A DNA stretch of 56,316 nucleotides, taken from NCBI GenBank assembly GCA_016926705.1, contig JAFGOC010000036.1, positions 1 to 56,316 on the forward strand. The letters are read 5' to 3'. This DNA is from Dehalococcoidales bacterium (GTDB lineage: Bacteria; Chloroflexota; Dehalococcoidia; Dehalococcoidales; RBG-16-60-22). The position numbers and the translations under genes were made by a program. This document shows positions 44,941-53,868 of the stretch, piece by piece (position 1 is the first letter of the stretch; each line of letters starts with the position of its first letter). The notes beneath the pieces were generated by a model, which saw only the letters and a list, made by a program, of their open reading frames with translations, was not told where the DNA came from and ran no database searches.

Positions 44941-45783
44941 ATGGATTTTAAAGGTAAAATGGCGCTTGTTACCGGTTCTTCCGGGGGTATCGGCAAGGCG
45001 GTAGCCGTCGCGCTGGCGAAGGAAGGTGCGGATGTAATACTGGCGTCCCGTAATGTACCCAACATGCAGTCCGTCGTAAAGGAAATTGAAGCCCTCGGCC
45101 GGAAAGCGGTCGCGATTCGGTGTGACGTTGCCGATGATAACAGCGTCGCTGCCATGAAGGAACCGGCCCTTAAAGCCTTCGGAGGTATAGATATACTCAT
45201 AAATAACGCGGCTGTCGGCATTCATGGTCTGCCGGAATACGTCAGCCTGGACGACTGGAAATACATCATCAACACCAACCTGATGGGATATATACGTGTC
45301 TTAGAAGCATTCCTGCCGCATTTTATGGAACGCGGTAGCGGCTATATCGTCAACGTTTCCTCTATACAGGCGCTTGCCTACGGCTCCGACCCGCTGAATA
45401 CCGCGTATATCACCACTAAAGCCGGTATCCTCGGGCTGACGGAATGTCTTTCCGCCTACCTGCGCCCTAAAGGCATCGTGGTTTCCTGCCTCATTCCGGG
45501 CGCAGTCAAAACAGGAATACATCAAAATTCCCATTTTGTCGGGACTGAAGAGCAGATAAAGAAAATGCAGGAGCAAGCTAAGGAAATCTGGAAACTCCCC
45601 ATTTTCCTCTCTCCCGGGGAATGCGCGGAAGGCCTCCTGAAAGGGATGAAAAAGGAAGAATACCTTATCGTCGTCCCGGCTCAAATGATTGAAATGGTCA
45701 AGGCGCAGGGACGGGATATTGCCAGGCTCAATGCCTGGGCGGCCAATCCGCCTCCCCCGAGGATGCCCCCGCCGAGGCAATGA
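44941..45783 (+). CDS. Short-chain dehydrogenase/reductase (SDR)
   Basis: TGSSGGIGKA, NNAA and YITTK. The C-terminus is proline-rich (PPPPRMPPPRQ). Confidence 0.9.
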   Translation: MDFKGKMALVTGSSGGIGKAVAVALAKEGADVILASRNVPNMQSVVKEIEALGRKAVAIRCDVADDNSVAAMKEPALKAFGGIDILINNAAVGIHGLPEYVSLDDWKYIINTNLMGYIRVLEAFLPHFMERGSGYIVNVSSIQALAYGSDPLNTAYITTKAGILGLTECLSAYLRPKGIVVSCLIPGAVKTGIHQNSHFVGTEEQIKKMQEQAKEIWKLPIFLSPGECAEGLLKGMKKEEYLIVVPAQMIEMVKAQGRDIARLNAWAANPPPPRMPPPRQ

Positions 45784-45846
45784 TATAACGGCTTGTTTTA
45801 CATCTGGACGGTTTATATAGAAAACAATGATATATCGGGAGGTATA

Positions 45847-46653
45847 ATGGAAAAAGTCACGGACAACGTATATACCTTATTGAACACCAGGGGGTGCAAC
45901 TCCAGCTTCGTGGTAACGGCGGAAGGCGCGGTGGTCATCGATACCCCCATGGTACCGGCTGACGCTAAAAAATGGCGCGAAGAAATACAGAAATTCGGCG
46001 AGATACGGTACGTCATTAACAACGAGCCCCACAACGACCACGTGGCCGGGGACTGCTGGATGGGGGGCATACTGGTCGCCCACGAACTCACCCGCGAGGC
46101 AATCAAGCACAACCGTCAGGAAGTACTTGAAGGCCAGATGCAATGGATGGCCCCCGATGCGCTGCCGCTGGATAAAGGCTTCCATTACCGCCTGCCGGAT
46201 ATTACGTTCTCGGAGGAAATAAAATTTCACCTGGGCAAGCATACGATTCACATTATTTCCGCGCCGGGGCATACGCCTTCCCAGACGGCCGTGTTCGTGC
46301 CGGAAGAAAGAGTAGCTTTCACCTCGGACAACGTCACCATGATGATGCCCATCATGATAGACGCGGTGCCTGAAGAATGGCTGAAATCACTGAAAAAACT
46401 AAAAGCGCTGGATATAGATAAAATTGTTCCCGGGCACGGCCCGGTATGTGATAAAAAGGCGCTGGACGTGACCTACGGCAACGTTGAATACATCACCGGC
46501 GAGCTTAAAAAAGCCATCGATAAAGGGTGGAGCCTGCAGGAAATACAGGAGAAGGTTACTTTTGCGGAGAGGTTCCCCCTGATGCCGGGCGACCCCATGA
46601 AAATGATGCGCCATGAAAGCATCGCCCATTTGTATGAAGTATTGAAAAAGTAA
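45847..46653 (+). CDS. Metallo-beta-lactamase-fold hydrolase
   Basis: NNEPHNDHVAGD (an ExHxDH variant of HxHxDH), ISAPGHTPS, FTSDN and VPGHG. The ATG at 45847 follows gggagg and is preferred to the listed 45793. Confidence 0.8.
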   Translation: MEKVTDNVYTLLNTRGCNSSFVVTAEGAVVIDTPMVPADAKKWREEIQKFGEIRYVINNEPHNDHVAGDCWMGGILVAHELTREAIKHNRQEVLEGQMQWMAPDALPLDKGFHYRLPDITFSEEIKFHLGKHTIHIISAPGHTPSQTAVFVPEERVAFTSDNVTMMMPIMIDAVPEEWLKSLKKLKALDIDKIVPGHGPVCDKKALDVTYGNVEYITGELKKAIDKGWSLQEIQEKVTFAERFPLMPGDPMKMMRHESIAHLYEVLKK

Positions 46654-47250
46654 CTATCTGCCCGCGCTTTTCGCGGCGATTACCAGGTAGTCTTCCTTAC
46701 TGTCGCTGATAGTGATGTCTTCAAATCCGGCGTCGGACAGCATCCCGCGCGTATCTTCGTTTTCCGGAAACAGGTGGCTGCACACCTCCGGTATGCTTTT
46801 ATGAACTTCATTTATCGCCTGCCGACTTGAGCTATGGCAGATATACAGCCTGCCGCCTTTTTTTAATAAACGGTAAATTTCCTTAAAAGCCTTCATTTTA
46901 TTATTAAAGTGCGGGAAAACGGAATAACAAACGACGGCATCGAAGGAATCGTCTTCCAGGGAGTTATTTTCGATATCGGCGCATAAGTAATTGATATCGC
47001 CCTTAAAGCCCTTTTCCCTGGCTATCTTGAGCATCTCTTCGGCAAAGTCGAGGCAGACGAGCTTTCCCTTCCCGCCTATCTTTTTGAGGAGGAAAGGCAC
47101 GAATACCCCAGTGCCGGTGCCTATGTCCAGTACGGAATCTCCGGGCTTAATATCGAGGCGTTCCGCTATCGTCTCTAACCTGGATATATCTTTTTCCGCT
47201 ACCTCGTCATCCCAGGCAGCGGCTCTCGAATTAAAGAAGTCCCTGCTCAA
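46654..47250 (-). CDS. Class I SAM-dependent methyltransferase
   Basis: VLDIGTGTGVF (motif I), LVCLDFAEEM, and FDAVVCYSVFPHF...LKKGGRLYI. ATGA overlap with the upstream ABC permease gene. Confidence 0.8.
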   Translation of the reverse strand: MSRDFFNSRAAAWDDEVAEKDISRLETIAERLDIKPGDSVLDIGTGTGVFVPFLLKKIGGKGKLVCLDFAEEMLKIAREKGFKGDINYLCADIENNSLEDDSFDAVVCYSVFPHFNNKMKAFKEIYRLLKKGGRLYICHSSSRQAINEVHKSIPEVCSHLFPENEDTRGMLSDAGFEDITISDSKEDYLVIAAKSAGR

Positions 47251-48095
47251 GGCGTATTTTCTCCCAGAGGTTTCTTCTCCCAGCGTTTCACCTTCCGCTT
47301 AGGCGAAAAGACTACCGCGAGTAAAAATATCACCGATGAAGTCACCACGATGGTAGCGCCGCTGGGAATATTGAAAAAATAGGAAATCAGCAAACCTATC
47401 CAGCCTGATAAAACGCCGAACACCGCGGCAAGGATGAACATCTTTTTCATGCTGTAGGTAAGCTGGTATGCCGCCGCGGCCGGATTAAGAATCAGGCTGA
47501 AGATAAGCAGCCCGCCGATAGAACTGAACGAAGCGGTGATGGTGGCGCCCATCAGGAAAAGGATACTGTAAAGCATTATCGTGGCCGGTATGCCTACGGC
47601 CCGCGCCATGTCGCGTTGGAACACCGTGGCCTGAATCTCCTTGTAAAATACGAATATGATGCCTACCACCAGCACGGCTACTACCGCCAGAACCACGATG
47701 TCGCCGCGGGTGTTGGTAAGGATGCTCCCCCAGAGCAGCTCGAGGGCCGCGGACTTGGGGCCGGACATCAGCCCCATGAAGAGGAAGGCAAGACCGAGCA
47801 TGAGAGAAAAAATGACCCCGACCGATGTCTCCGGATTAAGGTCGCCGCGGTCGGCAAGCGGGCCGACTACCGCAGCGGCGCCGAGACTAAAGATGAAAGC
47901 CCCTATTAGTGGATTGAAGCCCAGCCATAGTCCCAGGAGCGCCCCGGCGAAAGCGGCATGGGACATACAGACCCCGATAAACGGCATGTGCAGCAGGACT
48001 ACGAAAACGCCGATAACGGAGCAGGCGATGCCCCCGAGAAAGGCGGAGAGAATGGCGTTCTGCATGAACGGGTAAGTAAAAATGGATAAATCCAT
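47247..48095 (-). CDS. Metal (Zn/Mn/Fe) ABC transporter permease, ABC-3 family
   Basis: 282 aa with about 8-9 TM helices, placed between ZnuC-like and Zur-regulon-like genes. Confidence 0.85.
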   Translation of the reverse strand: MDLSIFTYPFMQNAILSAFLGGIACSVIGVFVVLLHMPFIGVCMSHAAFAGALLGLWLGFNPLIGAFIFSLGAAAVVGPLADRGDLNPETSVGVIFSLMLGLAFLFMGLMSGPKSAALELLWGSILTNTRGDIVVLAVVAVLVVGIIFVFYKEIQATVFQRDMARAVGIPATIMLYSILFLMGATITASFSSIGGLLIFSLILNPAAAAYQLTYSMKKMFILAAVFGVLSGWIGLLISYFFNIPSGATIVVTSSVIFLLAVVFSPKRKVKRWEKKPLGENTP

Positions 48096-48114
48096 AAATG
48101 CAAACCTTATGGCA

Positions 48115-48909
48115 TCAAACTAGCGCAGCTTCACTGCGCCTTTTTTCCACCACGGAAACGGGCAAATCATAAAGCTGTGAGAGTATTTCATCGGTCAGCA
48201 AACCCCTGGGCGGGCCCTCGTTCCAGATAAGTCCGTCTTTCATCAGCACCACCCGGTCGCAGGCAATGGGAAGAGCGCTTAAGTCATGGGTCACAAACAG
48301 GGTGGTCAGGTTCCTCAAGTCATGTATGCGCTTGACCAGTTCCATGATGTCGGTTTTCGCTTTCCAGTCCAGCGAAGCCGTAGGCTCGTCGAGCAGGAAA
48401 ATTTCGGGCTCCTGCGCCAGGCAGCGGGCGATGGCGACTCGCTGCTGCTCTCCGCCGGACAGGTGCCCGATGGGACGCTTCGCCAGATGGGTCATGCCTA
48501 CCAGCTCCAGGGCTTTATCCACGATTTCCCAGTCTGTTTTCCCCGGCCTCCTGAACAGGCCGAGTCGGCCGTAGCGGCCTATCATCGCTACCTCGCGGAC
48601 AATCATCGGCATACGGGGGTCGATGGTCTCCACCTGTGCTACGTAGCCGACCTTTTTCCGCAGCGAGTGGCCGTTGCCGGAAGTCAGATTCTGGCCGAGC
48701 ACGACCACCCGGCCGTGGAGCAGTTTGCCCATCCCGTTAACGATAGTAAGCAACGTGGTCTTGCCGGCACCGTTAGGACCGACGACCCCGATAAATTCGC
48801 CGTGTTTTACCTTGAGAGATACGCCTCTTAAAGCGATATCCTCGCGGAAAGAGACCACGGCGTTATCGATGTCGATAGAGTAGCCGTTCTTGTTAATTAC
48901 TTCTGACAT
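48115..48909 (-). CDS. Metal ABC transporter ATP-binding protein (ZnuC-like)
   Basis: Walker [12 protein letters not shown], signature LSGGEQQRV, Walker B IFLLDEPT. Confidence 0.9.
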   Translation of the reverse strand: MSEVINKNGYSIDIDNAVVSFREDIALRGVSLKVKHGEFIGVVGPNGAGKTTLLTIVNGMGKLLHGRVVVLGQNLTSGNGHSLRKKVGYVAQVETIDPRMPMIVREVAMIGRYGRLGLFRRPGKTDWEIVDKALELVGMTHLAKRPIGHLSGGEQQRVAIARCLAQEPEIFLLDEPTASLDWKAKTDIMELVKRIHDLRNLTTLFVTHDLSALPIACDRVVLMKDGLIWNEGPPRGLLTDEILSQLYDLPVSVVEKRRSEAALV

Positions 48910-48918
48910 AACCGCCCG

Positions 48919-49764
48919 CTAATCGTTGAATGCGTCTAGAATCAAATCGATATTAAAATCGATAGCCTGCTCCCATGTATCGGTGTTCTCATAGCCGCCG
49001 GGGAAATTTGAAAGTACGATATGCGCTACCCCGAGTTCTTCTGCCAGGGACTTGCCCGATTCTCCGCCCGTCTGCATGTTGTCGATGACCAGGGTAACGT
49101 CGCCTTCTCTACCCGTGTCCACCAGGTCTTTAATTACCTGTGGTGTGAATGTCTCCGGTCTGCCGTAGGTGGCGATTATATTAAGACCTGTCCATGCTAC
49201 GAAACCTGTCTGCTGCTCATCGCACAGGACATTGATTGCTGATAAATCCACCTGGCTTAGCCTTGAATTTATCTCCGATTCTTTAGCCGTTACTTCGGCT
49301 TTATATTCATCAGCGGCATTTTGATAGAAAGCGCTGTTATCGGGGTCAATTTGTATAAGGGTAGCGGCGATTTTATCGGCGGCTTCACGCTGGACCGGAG
49401 GCGTCATCCAGTTGCCCGGCACTTCAATCATGACCTTTACAAGCTCTTCGTTATTAGCCGAGGCAATCAATTCATCGGAGAACTTCTCTCCCTGCCAGTT
49501 ATGGATGAGGAAAAGCTGTGCGTTAGACAGAAGCTGGACGTCACCCGGTTTGATATCGAAATGACCGGGACATTGCGCCGGAGGAATCACATTGGTCACG
49601 CTAACCATATCGCCCCCGATGCGTTCGACTATCTGGGCAAGCAGGGATGTGCTGGTAACCACTTTAAGTTTTGCTGAATCTACCGCAGCGCATCCGCTGA
49701 AAAAAGCACCCGCTCCCAGACTTAAAACCAGAATAACAGCGAAAATTATACCTAGATTCTTCAA
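48919..49764 (-). CDS. Metal ABC transporter substrate-binding lipoprotein (TroA/ZnuA cluster-9 family)
   Basis: Signal peptide with lipobox-like FFSGC, and TroA-type organisation (VVTSTSLL..., PGHFD, ..HIVLSN). TTG start. Confidence 0.85.
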   Translation of the reverse strand: MKNLGIIFAVILVLSLGAGAFFSGCAAVDSAKLKVVTSTSLLAQIVERIGGDMVSVTNVIPPAQCPGHFDIKPGDVQLLSNAQLFLIHNWQGEKFSDELIASANNEELVKVMIEVPGNWMTPPVQREAADKIAATLIQIDPDNSAFYQNAADEYKAEVTAKESEINSRLSQVDLSAINVLCDEQQTGFVAWTGLNIIATYGRPETFTPQVIKDLVDTGREGDVTLVIDNMQTGGESGKSLAEELGVAHIVLSNFPGGYENTDTWEQAIDFNIDLILDAFND

Positions 49765-49840
49765 ATTCTGTTTTTCCTTTCAGCTTTTGCTTATTATTTG
49801 CTTTGTTCCAAAATACTCCTGGAGTAATTTTCACATCATG

Positions 49841-49864
49841 GTTATTGCAACAAATTGCAGTAAC
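49841..49864. promoter_or_regulatory. Candidate Fur-family (Zur) operator: 10-4-10 inverted repeat
   Basis: GTTATTGCAA-caaa-TTGCAGTAAC, with arms complementary at 9 of 10 positions. It lies in the 113-bp gap between the fur-family gene and the binding-protein gene, about 77-100 nt upstream of the latter's start. Confidence 0.35.
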
Positions 49865-49877
49865 AATGAAAAATTTT

Positions 49878-50297
49878 TTATTTATTTTTATTTTTACATT
49901 TCTCGCAGAGTCCGCTCATAACGATATGCTTGAAATCAACATTAAAGCCGTATTTCTCCGCCAGCGATTTTTCAAGGTTCGTGAAAAAATCTTCATCGCA
50001 CTCGATAGTCTTGCCGCAGCTGCTGCAGACAAGGTGATGATGGTGGTGCCTTTCATCGACATGGTGATATACAGAACGTTCTCCGACTTCACTCTTGAAG
50101 ACGCAGCCGTATTTCTCCAGCAGCTCGAGAGTGCGGTAGATGGTAGATTTATGCACCTCCGGCATCCTTGCCTGGACATGGGTAATAATTTCTTCGGCAG
50201 TCAGGTTAGTATCAATATCGTGAATGGCATCCACGATAAGCCTGCGCTGCGGGGTAAGTTTTAGTCCCTTTTCTTTTAACGTCTTAATGCAACTCAT
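49878..50297 (-). CDS. zur: Fur-family metalloregulator (Zur by context)
   Basis: Winged-helix N-terminus (KLTPQRRLIVDAI..TAEEI..STIYRTLELL), a His-rich site (HHVDERHHHHH) and two CxxC pairs (CSSCG, CEKC). I take the ATG at 50297 as the start because the listed TTG at 50318 lies inside the predicted -10 box. Confidence 0.85.
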   Translation of the reverse strand: MSCIKTLKEKGLKLTPQRRLIVDAIHDIDTNLTAEEIITHVQARMPEVHKSTIYRTLELLEKYGCVFKSEVGERSVYHHVDERHHHHHLVCSSCGKTIECDEDFFTNLEKSLAEKYGFNVDFKHIVMSGLCEKCKNKNK

Positions 50298-50317
50298 CGG
50301 TATTGCACCTGGTCGCA

Positions 50318-50347
50318 ATTATACTTTATATGGGTGAATTTTGTCAA
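50318..50347 (-). promoter_or_regulatory. Sigma70-type promoter for the zur-znu operon
   Basis: The minus strand reads TTGACA-(18 nt)-TATAAT, with perfect hexamers, about 20 nt upstream of the ATG at 50297. Confidence 0.55.
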
Positions 50348-50445
50348 ACTGTTGTATGAAGGATAGACGTTTGTTACTTGTTTCTTGTATCTTGGTTATT
50401 GGGGATGTAGAGCAGGGTGGGGTATCACGGGTAATCTATATGCTT

Positions 50446-51792
50446 CTACTCAATCATTCTTTCTATAGTTTCGGCGGCCAGTGCTATAGGTTCCATTCCC
50501 GGGTCCGGAGACAATTCCGGCTGTCCGGCACATCTAAGTGTTGCCAGTTCCAGTGCTGTCCAGCGGGCTCTTATGGCTACGGCCAGTACATCGATATGCT
50601 TTACCGGGCACTCACTATCGCTGACGATCTGGCCACCTATGATTCTCTTATCTTTCTTATCGAATATCAGTTTAACCGTATAGGGTTTTCTTCCCCTCAT
50701 CATGGAGTGTTTGCTTGCTGAAGATTGTATGGTACTTACTACATCGTAGCCTTCTTTTCGTGCCTCCGATTCCGTTATACCCGTCCCGGCAATTGATTTG
50801 TCAAAAAATTTAGTGGCGAAACTGTTAACAAGTGGCGGGTATTCTATGCCGTAGCCGAGGATATTTTTAGCAATTATCCTTCCGCCAATTACGGCATTAG
50901 GCCGCAGTTGGCCTCTTATCGGCTTGCCGGTGATATAGCTCGGATACTCAATAAGGTCGCCCGCGGAGTAAATATCGGGGTCGGAAGTCTGGAGATACCT
51001 GTTGACTTTCAGCCCCAGTTTACCCATTTCAAGACCGGATTTTTGAGCCAGTTCACTTCGCGGCTGGGCCCCGGCACAGATAATGACCATATCTGCTTTG
51101 ATTTCCTCACCTGAAGCCAGTAACACACCATCGACCTTACCATTCCCATTTATTGTTTTAACCTGTTCACTCAAACGCAGGTCTAGACCCTGCTCTTTCA
51201 TATAGCTCTCCACGCCTTCACTCATATCAGGGTCCAATGCGCTCGGCAGTATATGTTCAAGCATTTCAACCAGTGTGACTTTTATGCCGTGCTGGGCAGC
51301 CAGATAGGCGATCTCTATACTGATAGCGCCGCCGCCTATAAGAACGGCACTCTTTACCCGGTGAGTGTTTAGCCAGTGGAGGATGTTGATGGCGCTGCCG
51401 CTGGTGCGGAGCGTGAAAACACCCGGCAGGTCGGTACCGGAAATAGGCGGCACTATGGACTTGGCTCCGGTGGCCAAAACCAGCTTGTCATATGAATAGT
51501 CCTTGCCATCGGCGGTAGTTACTTTCTTCCGCTCTCTATTGATATTTTCAGCCCTTACGTTAACCAGATTTATTCCCGGCTTTGTAAAGATACTATCGTC
51601 TTTATAAGAAGGGTCAGCCAGCACGTGCCCGAAACAGATATACGGCGTGGCGCATCTGGTCAGAAGTCCCTGCTCCTCCTCTTCTCTAATAATAGTCACA
51701 TCTAAAGAGGGTTCGAGATTTTTTAACATGCGCGCCGCTAAGGCGCCCGCGCCTGAACACCCTATGACTACGACTTTCCCGACTTTATTCAT
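50446..51792 (-). CDS. FAD-dependent pyridine nucleotide-disulfide oxidoreductase (NADH oxidase/CoA-disulfide reductase family)
   Basis: VVVIGCSGAGALAA (FAD GxGxxG), a single redox Cys context LLTRCATPY near aa 47, and a second dinucleotide fold AVLIGGGAISIE. Length 448 aa. Confidence 0.8.
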   Translation of the reverse strand: MNKVGKVVVIGCSGAGALAARMLKNLEPSLDVTIIREEEEQGLLTRCATPYICFGHVLADPSYKDDSIFTKPGINLVNVRAENINRERKKVTTADGKDYSYDKLVLATGAKSIVPPISGTDLPGVFTLRTSGSAINILHWLNTHRVKSAVLIGGGAISIEIAYLAAQHGIKVTLVEMLEHILPSALDPDMSEGVESYMKEQGLDLRLSEQVKTINGNGKVDGVLLASGEEIKADMVIICAGAQPRSELAQKSGLEMGKLGLKVNRYLQTSDPDIYSAGDLIEYPSYITGKPIRGQLRPNAVIGGRIIAKNILGYGIEYPPLVNSFATKFFDKSIAGTGITESEARKEGYDVVSTIQSSASKHSMMRGRKPYTVKLIFDKKDKRIIGGQIVSDSECPVKHIDVLAVAIRARWTALELATLRCAGQPELSPDPGMEPIALAAETIERMIE

Positions 51793-51824
51793 GATTCCAC
51801 CTCAAATTAGTCTGCATTTTAAAT

Positions 51825-52124
51825 TTATATACTGTCGTACCACTTTTCTTTGAAAGTCCTTAGATATTCTTCGTCCGGGTATGTACGGGATACATCCTCC
51901 TGCTTGAAGCTATATTTATATCCGTCGCAGTATTCTATGATAAGTTTGTAGGCTCGGTTTAACCGTTTCATAGTTTCGCTTTCGGCATTGTCAGATCCTC
52001 CATGCTTATCGGGGTGGTGGCGATGGGCCAGTTTCCTGTAAGCCTTTTTTATTTCCTTAAGAGTCGCTGTCTCACCAAGCCCCAGCAATTTTCGTGCTTC
52101 TTCTATCTCATTAAAGTTAGCCAT
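51825..52124 (-). CDS. J-domain protein (DnaJ-like, J domain only)
   Basis: LKEIKKAYRKLAHRHHPDKHGG contains the HPD motif. It is 99 aa and lacks the G/F and zinc-finger regions. Confidence 0.85.
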   Translation of the reverse strand: MANFNEIEEARKLLGLGETATLKEIKKAYRKLAHRHHPDKHGGSDNAESETMKRLNRAYKLIIEYCDGYKYSFKQEDVSRTYPDEEYLRTFKEKWYDSI

Positions 52125-52228
52125 AACTGTTTACTTAAACTCCTCATTTGATAATATCCCTGCGGCCGTTATCCTGTAGATGATTCACGTCCATTAGCTT
52201 CTTATGATTCTTCTATGCGGATGTACCA

Positions 52229-52576
52229 TTATTTATCATCGGTTGCGGAACTCTTCAGGATGCCGTCTACCATCATCCGGATCATATGCTCCGGGACTGC
52301 GCCGAGGATTTGGTCAACCTGCTTACCGTTTACAAAGAACATCTGCATCGGTATGCTCATAATCTGGTATTTTCTGGCGGTGTCCTGGTTCTCATCCACA
52401 TTTATTTTGCAGAACTTGAATTTACCGTCATACTCCTCGGAGAGCTTATCATATATCGGGGAAACCATCAGGCACGGACCGCACCATGGCGCCCAAAAAT
52501 CGACCTCTGTAGGTATATCTGACTTCAGGACTTCTTCCTCAAAATTACGGTCCGTAACTTCCACTACTTTGCTCAT
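52229..52576 (-). CDS. trxA: Thioredoxin
   Basis: FWAPWCGPC active site. Length 115 aa. Confidence 0.92.
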   Translation of the reverse strand: MSKVVEVTDRNFEEEVLKSDIPTEVDFWAPWCGPCLMVSPIYDKLSEEYDGKFKFCKINVDENQDTARKYQIMSIPMQMFFVNGKQVDQILGAVPEHMIRMMVDGILKSSATDDK

Positions 52577-52616
52577 ACTGCCTCCTTCTAGATTAGTCAG
52601 TTAAAATAGGAAGGTA

Positions 52617-52886
52617 CTATACCTTCTCCCTTAGTCTCTCAATTTTGGAGATAAGGTCTTCCACTTTATCCTTCAGTCCGGTAACGTTAGCCTGTAATTC
52701 ATGCTTAGATACCGGAGCGACTTCTATAATAACCCCCTGGGGACAGGCCTCAACGCAGCGGCGGCATTGGTTACACCTTTCCTGGTTTATATGAGCAGTA
52801 TTAGAAATAAGCGTAATGGCCTGCTGCGGGCAGCTCTCGATACAGAGCCCGCAACCGCGACACAGGTCTCTTCTTACTATCAGCAT
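52617..52886 (-). CDS. 2x[4Fe-4S] ferredoxin domain fused to a short C-terminal coiled coil
   Basis: CRGCGLCIESCP and CNQCRRCVEACP, followed by ..LQANVTGLKDKVEDLISKIERLREKV. I take the ATG at 52886 (RBS ggagagg, 1 nt after the upstream stop) rather than the listed 52988, which would overlap the methyltransferase gene. Confidence 0.75.
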   Translation of the reverse strand: MLIVRRDLCRGCGLCIESCPQQAITLISNTAHINQERCNQCRRCVEACPQGVIIEVAPVSKHELQANVTGLKDKVEDLISKIERLREKV

Positions 52887-52887
52887 T

Positions 52888-53658
52888 TTATAACCTCTCC
52901 GAAGTGGGGTTTTTTTTCCTCCGCTTGACCCCGACGAGGATAGTGAATCCGGCTTCTGGGTAGTAGCCGTCTTTCGGTTCTTCAACAACAGCTACATCCC
53001 CGGGCTTTTGCATAAGCGTTGAAATCATAACTTCTCCCACAAAACCCGCCTTGAACATAAGTCTTACTATCTCACGGCAGCTATAAAATTTTGCGTATTT
53101 GTAAAAGCGGTGTCCTTCATCTTTCTTTTGCTGGTACAGCTTGCCCCAGGGGCTTTCCTTCAGGACGAGTCCGAGCACCAGCTTGCCGCCCGGCATCAGG
53201 ATACGGTTAGCTTCCTTCAGGGCCTCAAGCGGTGAATCCAGAAAACACAGTGTAACAATAAGAAATACCGTTCCATACGATTCATCATTGAAGGTCAGCT
53301 CTTCTCCCCGGCCGATAGATGCATTTATTCCCCGGCTCCTGGCAATTTTTATCAGTTCATTGGAGGGGTCGATGCCGGTATCAATGCCGAGAGCTTGCGC
53401 GAAACGCCCGCTGCCGACACCTATTTCCAGCCACGGCTTCGGCAGATAAGGTAATATCTTCTGGAATGCCTGTACTTCATTGGCGAAGATAAGACTCCCT
53501 TCTCCATCGTACCAGGCATCATATTCCTTAGCCAGGTCATCGAAGGGAGAACCGAGGCTTTTAGCTTGCTTTCTTCCTGCTATCTGCCGTGCGGCTTGAT
53601 AGTTGGTTGATGGTGTCCTCTTTCTCTTATGAGGATTTTTCGGCTTCATGTTGCTCAT
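52888..53658 (-). CDS. Class I SAM-dependent methyltransferase
   Basis: WLEIGVGSGRFAQAL (motif I), GTVFLIVTLCFL and LMPGGKLVLG. The basic N-terminus overlaps the CooT-like gene end. Confidence 0.8.
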   Translation of the reverse strand: MSNMKPKNPHKRKRTPSTNYQAARQIAGRKQAKSLGSPFDDLAKEYDAWYDGEGSLIFANEVQAFQKILPYLPKPWLEIGVGSGRFAQALGIDTGIDPSNELIKIARSRGINASIGRGEELTFNDESYGTVFLIVTLCFLDSPLEALKEANRILMPGGKLVLGLVLKESPWGKLYQQKKDEGHRFYKYAKFYSCREIVRLMFKAGFVGEVMISTLMQKPGDVAVVEEPKDGYYPEAGFTILVGVKRRKKNPTSERL

Positions 53659-53833
53659 CTAATAATATCCTGGAAGCGGTAAAATCCACTTCGATTAATT
53701 TACCTGCTATGACCTTTTCCTCACCCATCAGGGTCTCCAGTTCCACCCGGCCGTCACGCAGCCGCATATGCGCTATGTCCTCAAGCGCTGATTTATTGTT
53801 CCAATTGTTAAAATAAGCCTTAGCCAGACACAC
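53627..53833 (-). CDS. cooT: CooT-family nickel-binding protein
   Basis: 68 aa starting MCLAKAYF (Cys2 is the Ni ligand in CooT), with beta-rich pattern ..RDGRVELETLMGEEKVIAGKLIEVDF. It lies immediately downstream of the cooC-like gene. Confidence 0.7.
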   Translation of the reverse strand: MCLAKAYFNNWNNKSALEDIAHMRLRDGRVELETLMGEEKVIAGKLIEVDFTASRILLDEQHEAEKSS

Positions 53834-53868
53834 TTTAATCCTCCATTCTCTTTATAAAAGTGGCTAAA

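Noticed and set aside
49841-49864. The inverted repeat read as an intrinsic terminator of the zur gene
   Set aside because: It is not followed by a T-run on the transcribed (minus) strand and the stem is AT-rich. I keep it as a candidate operator, but with low confidence.
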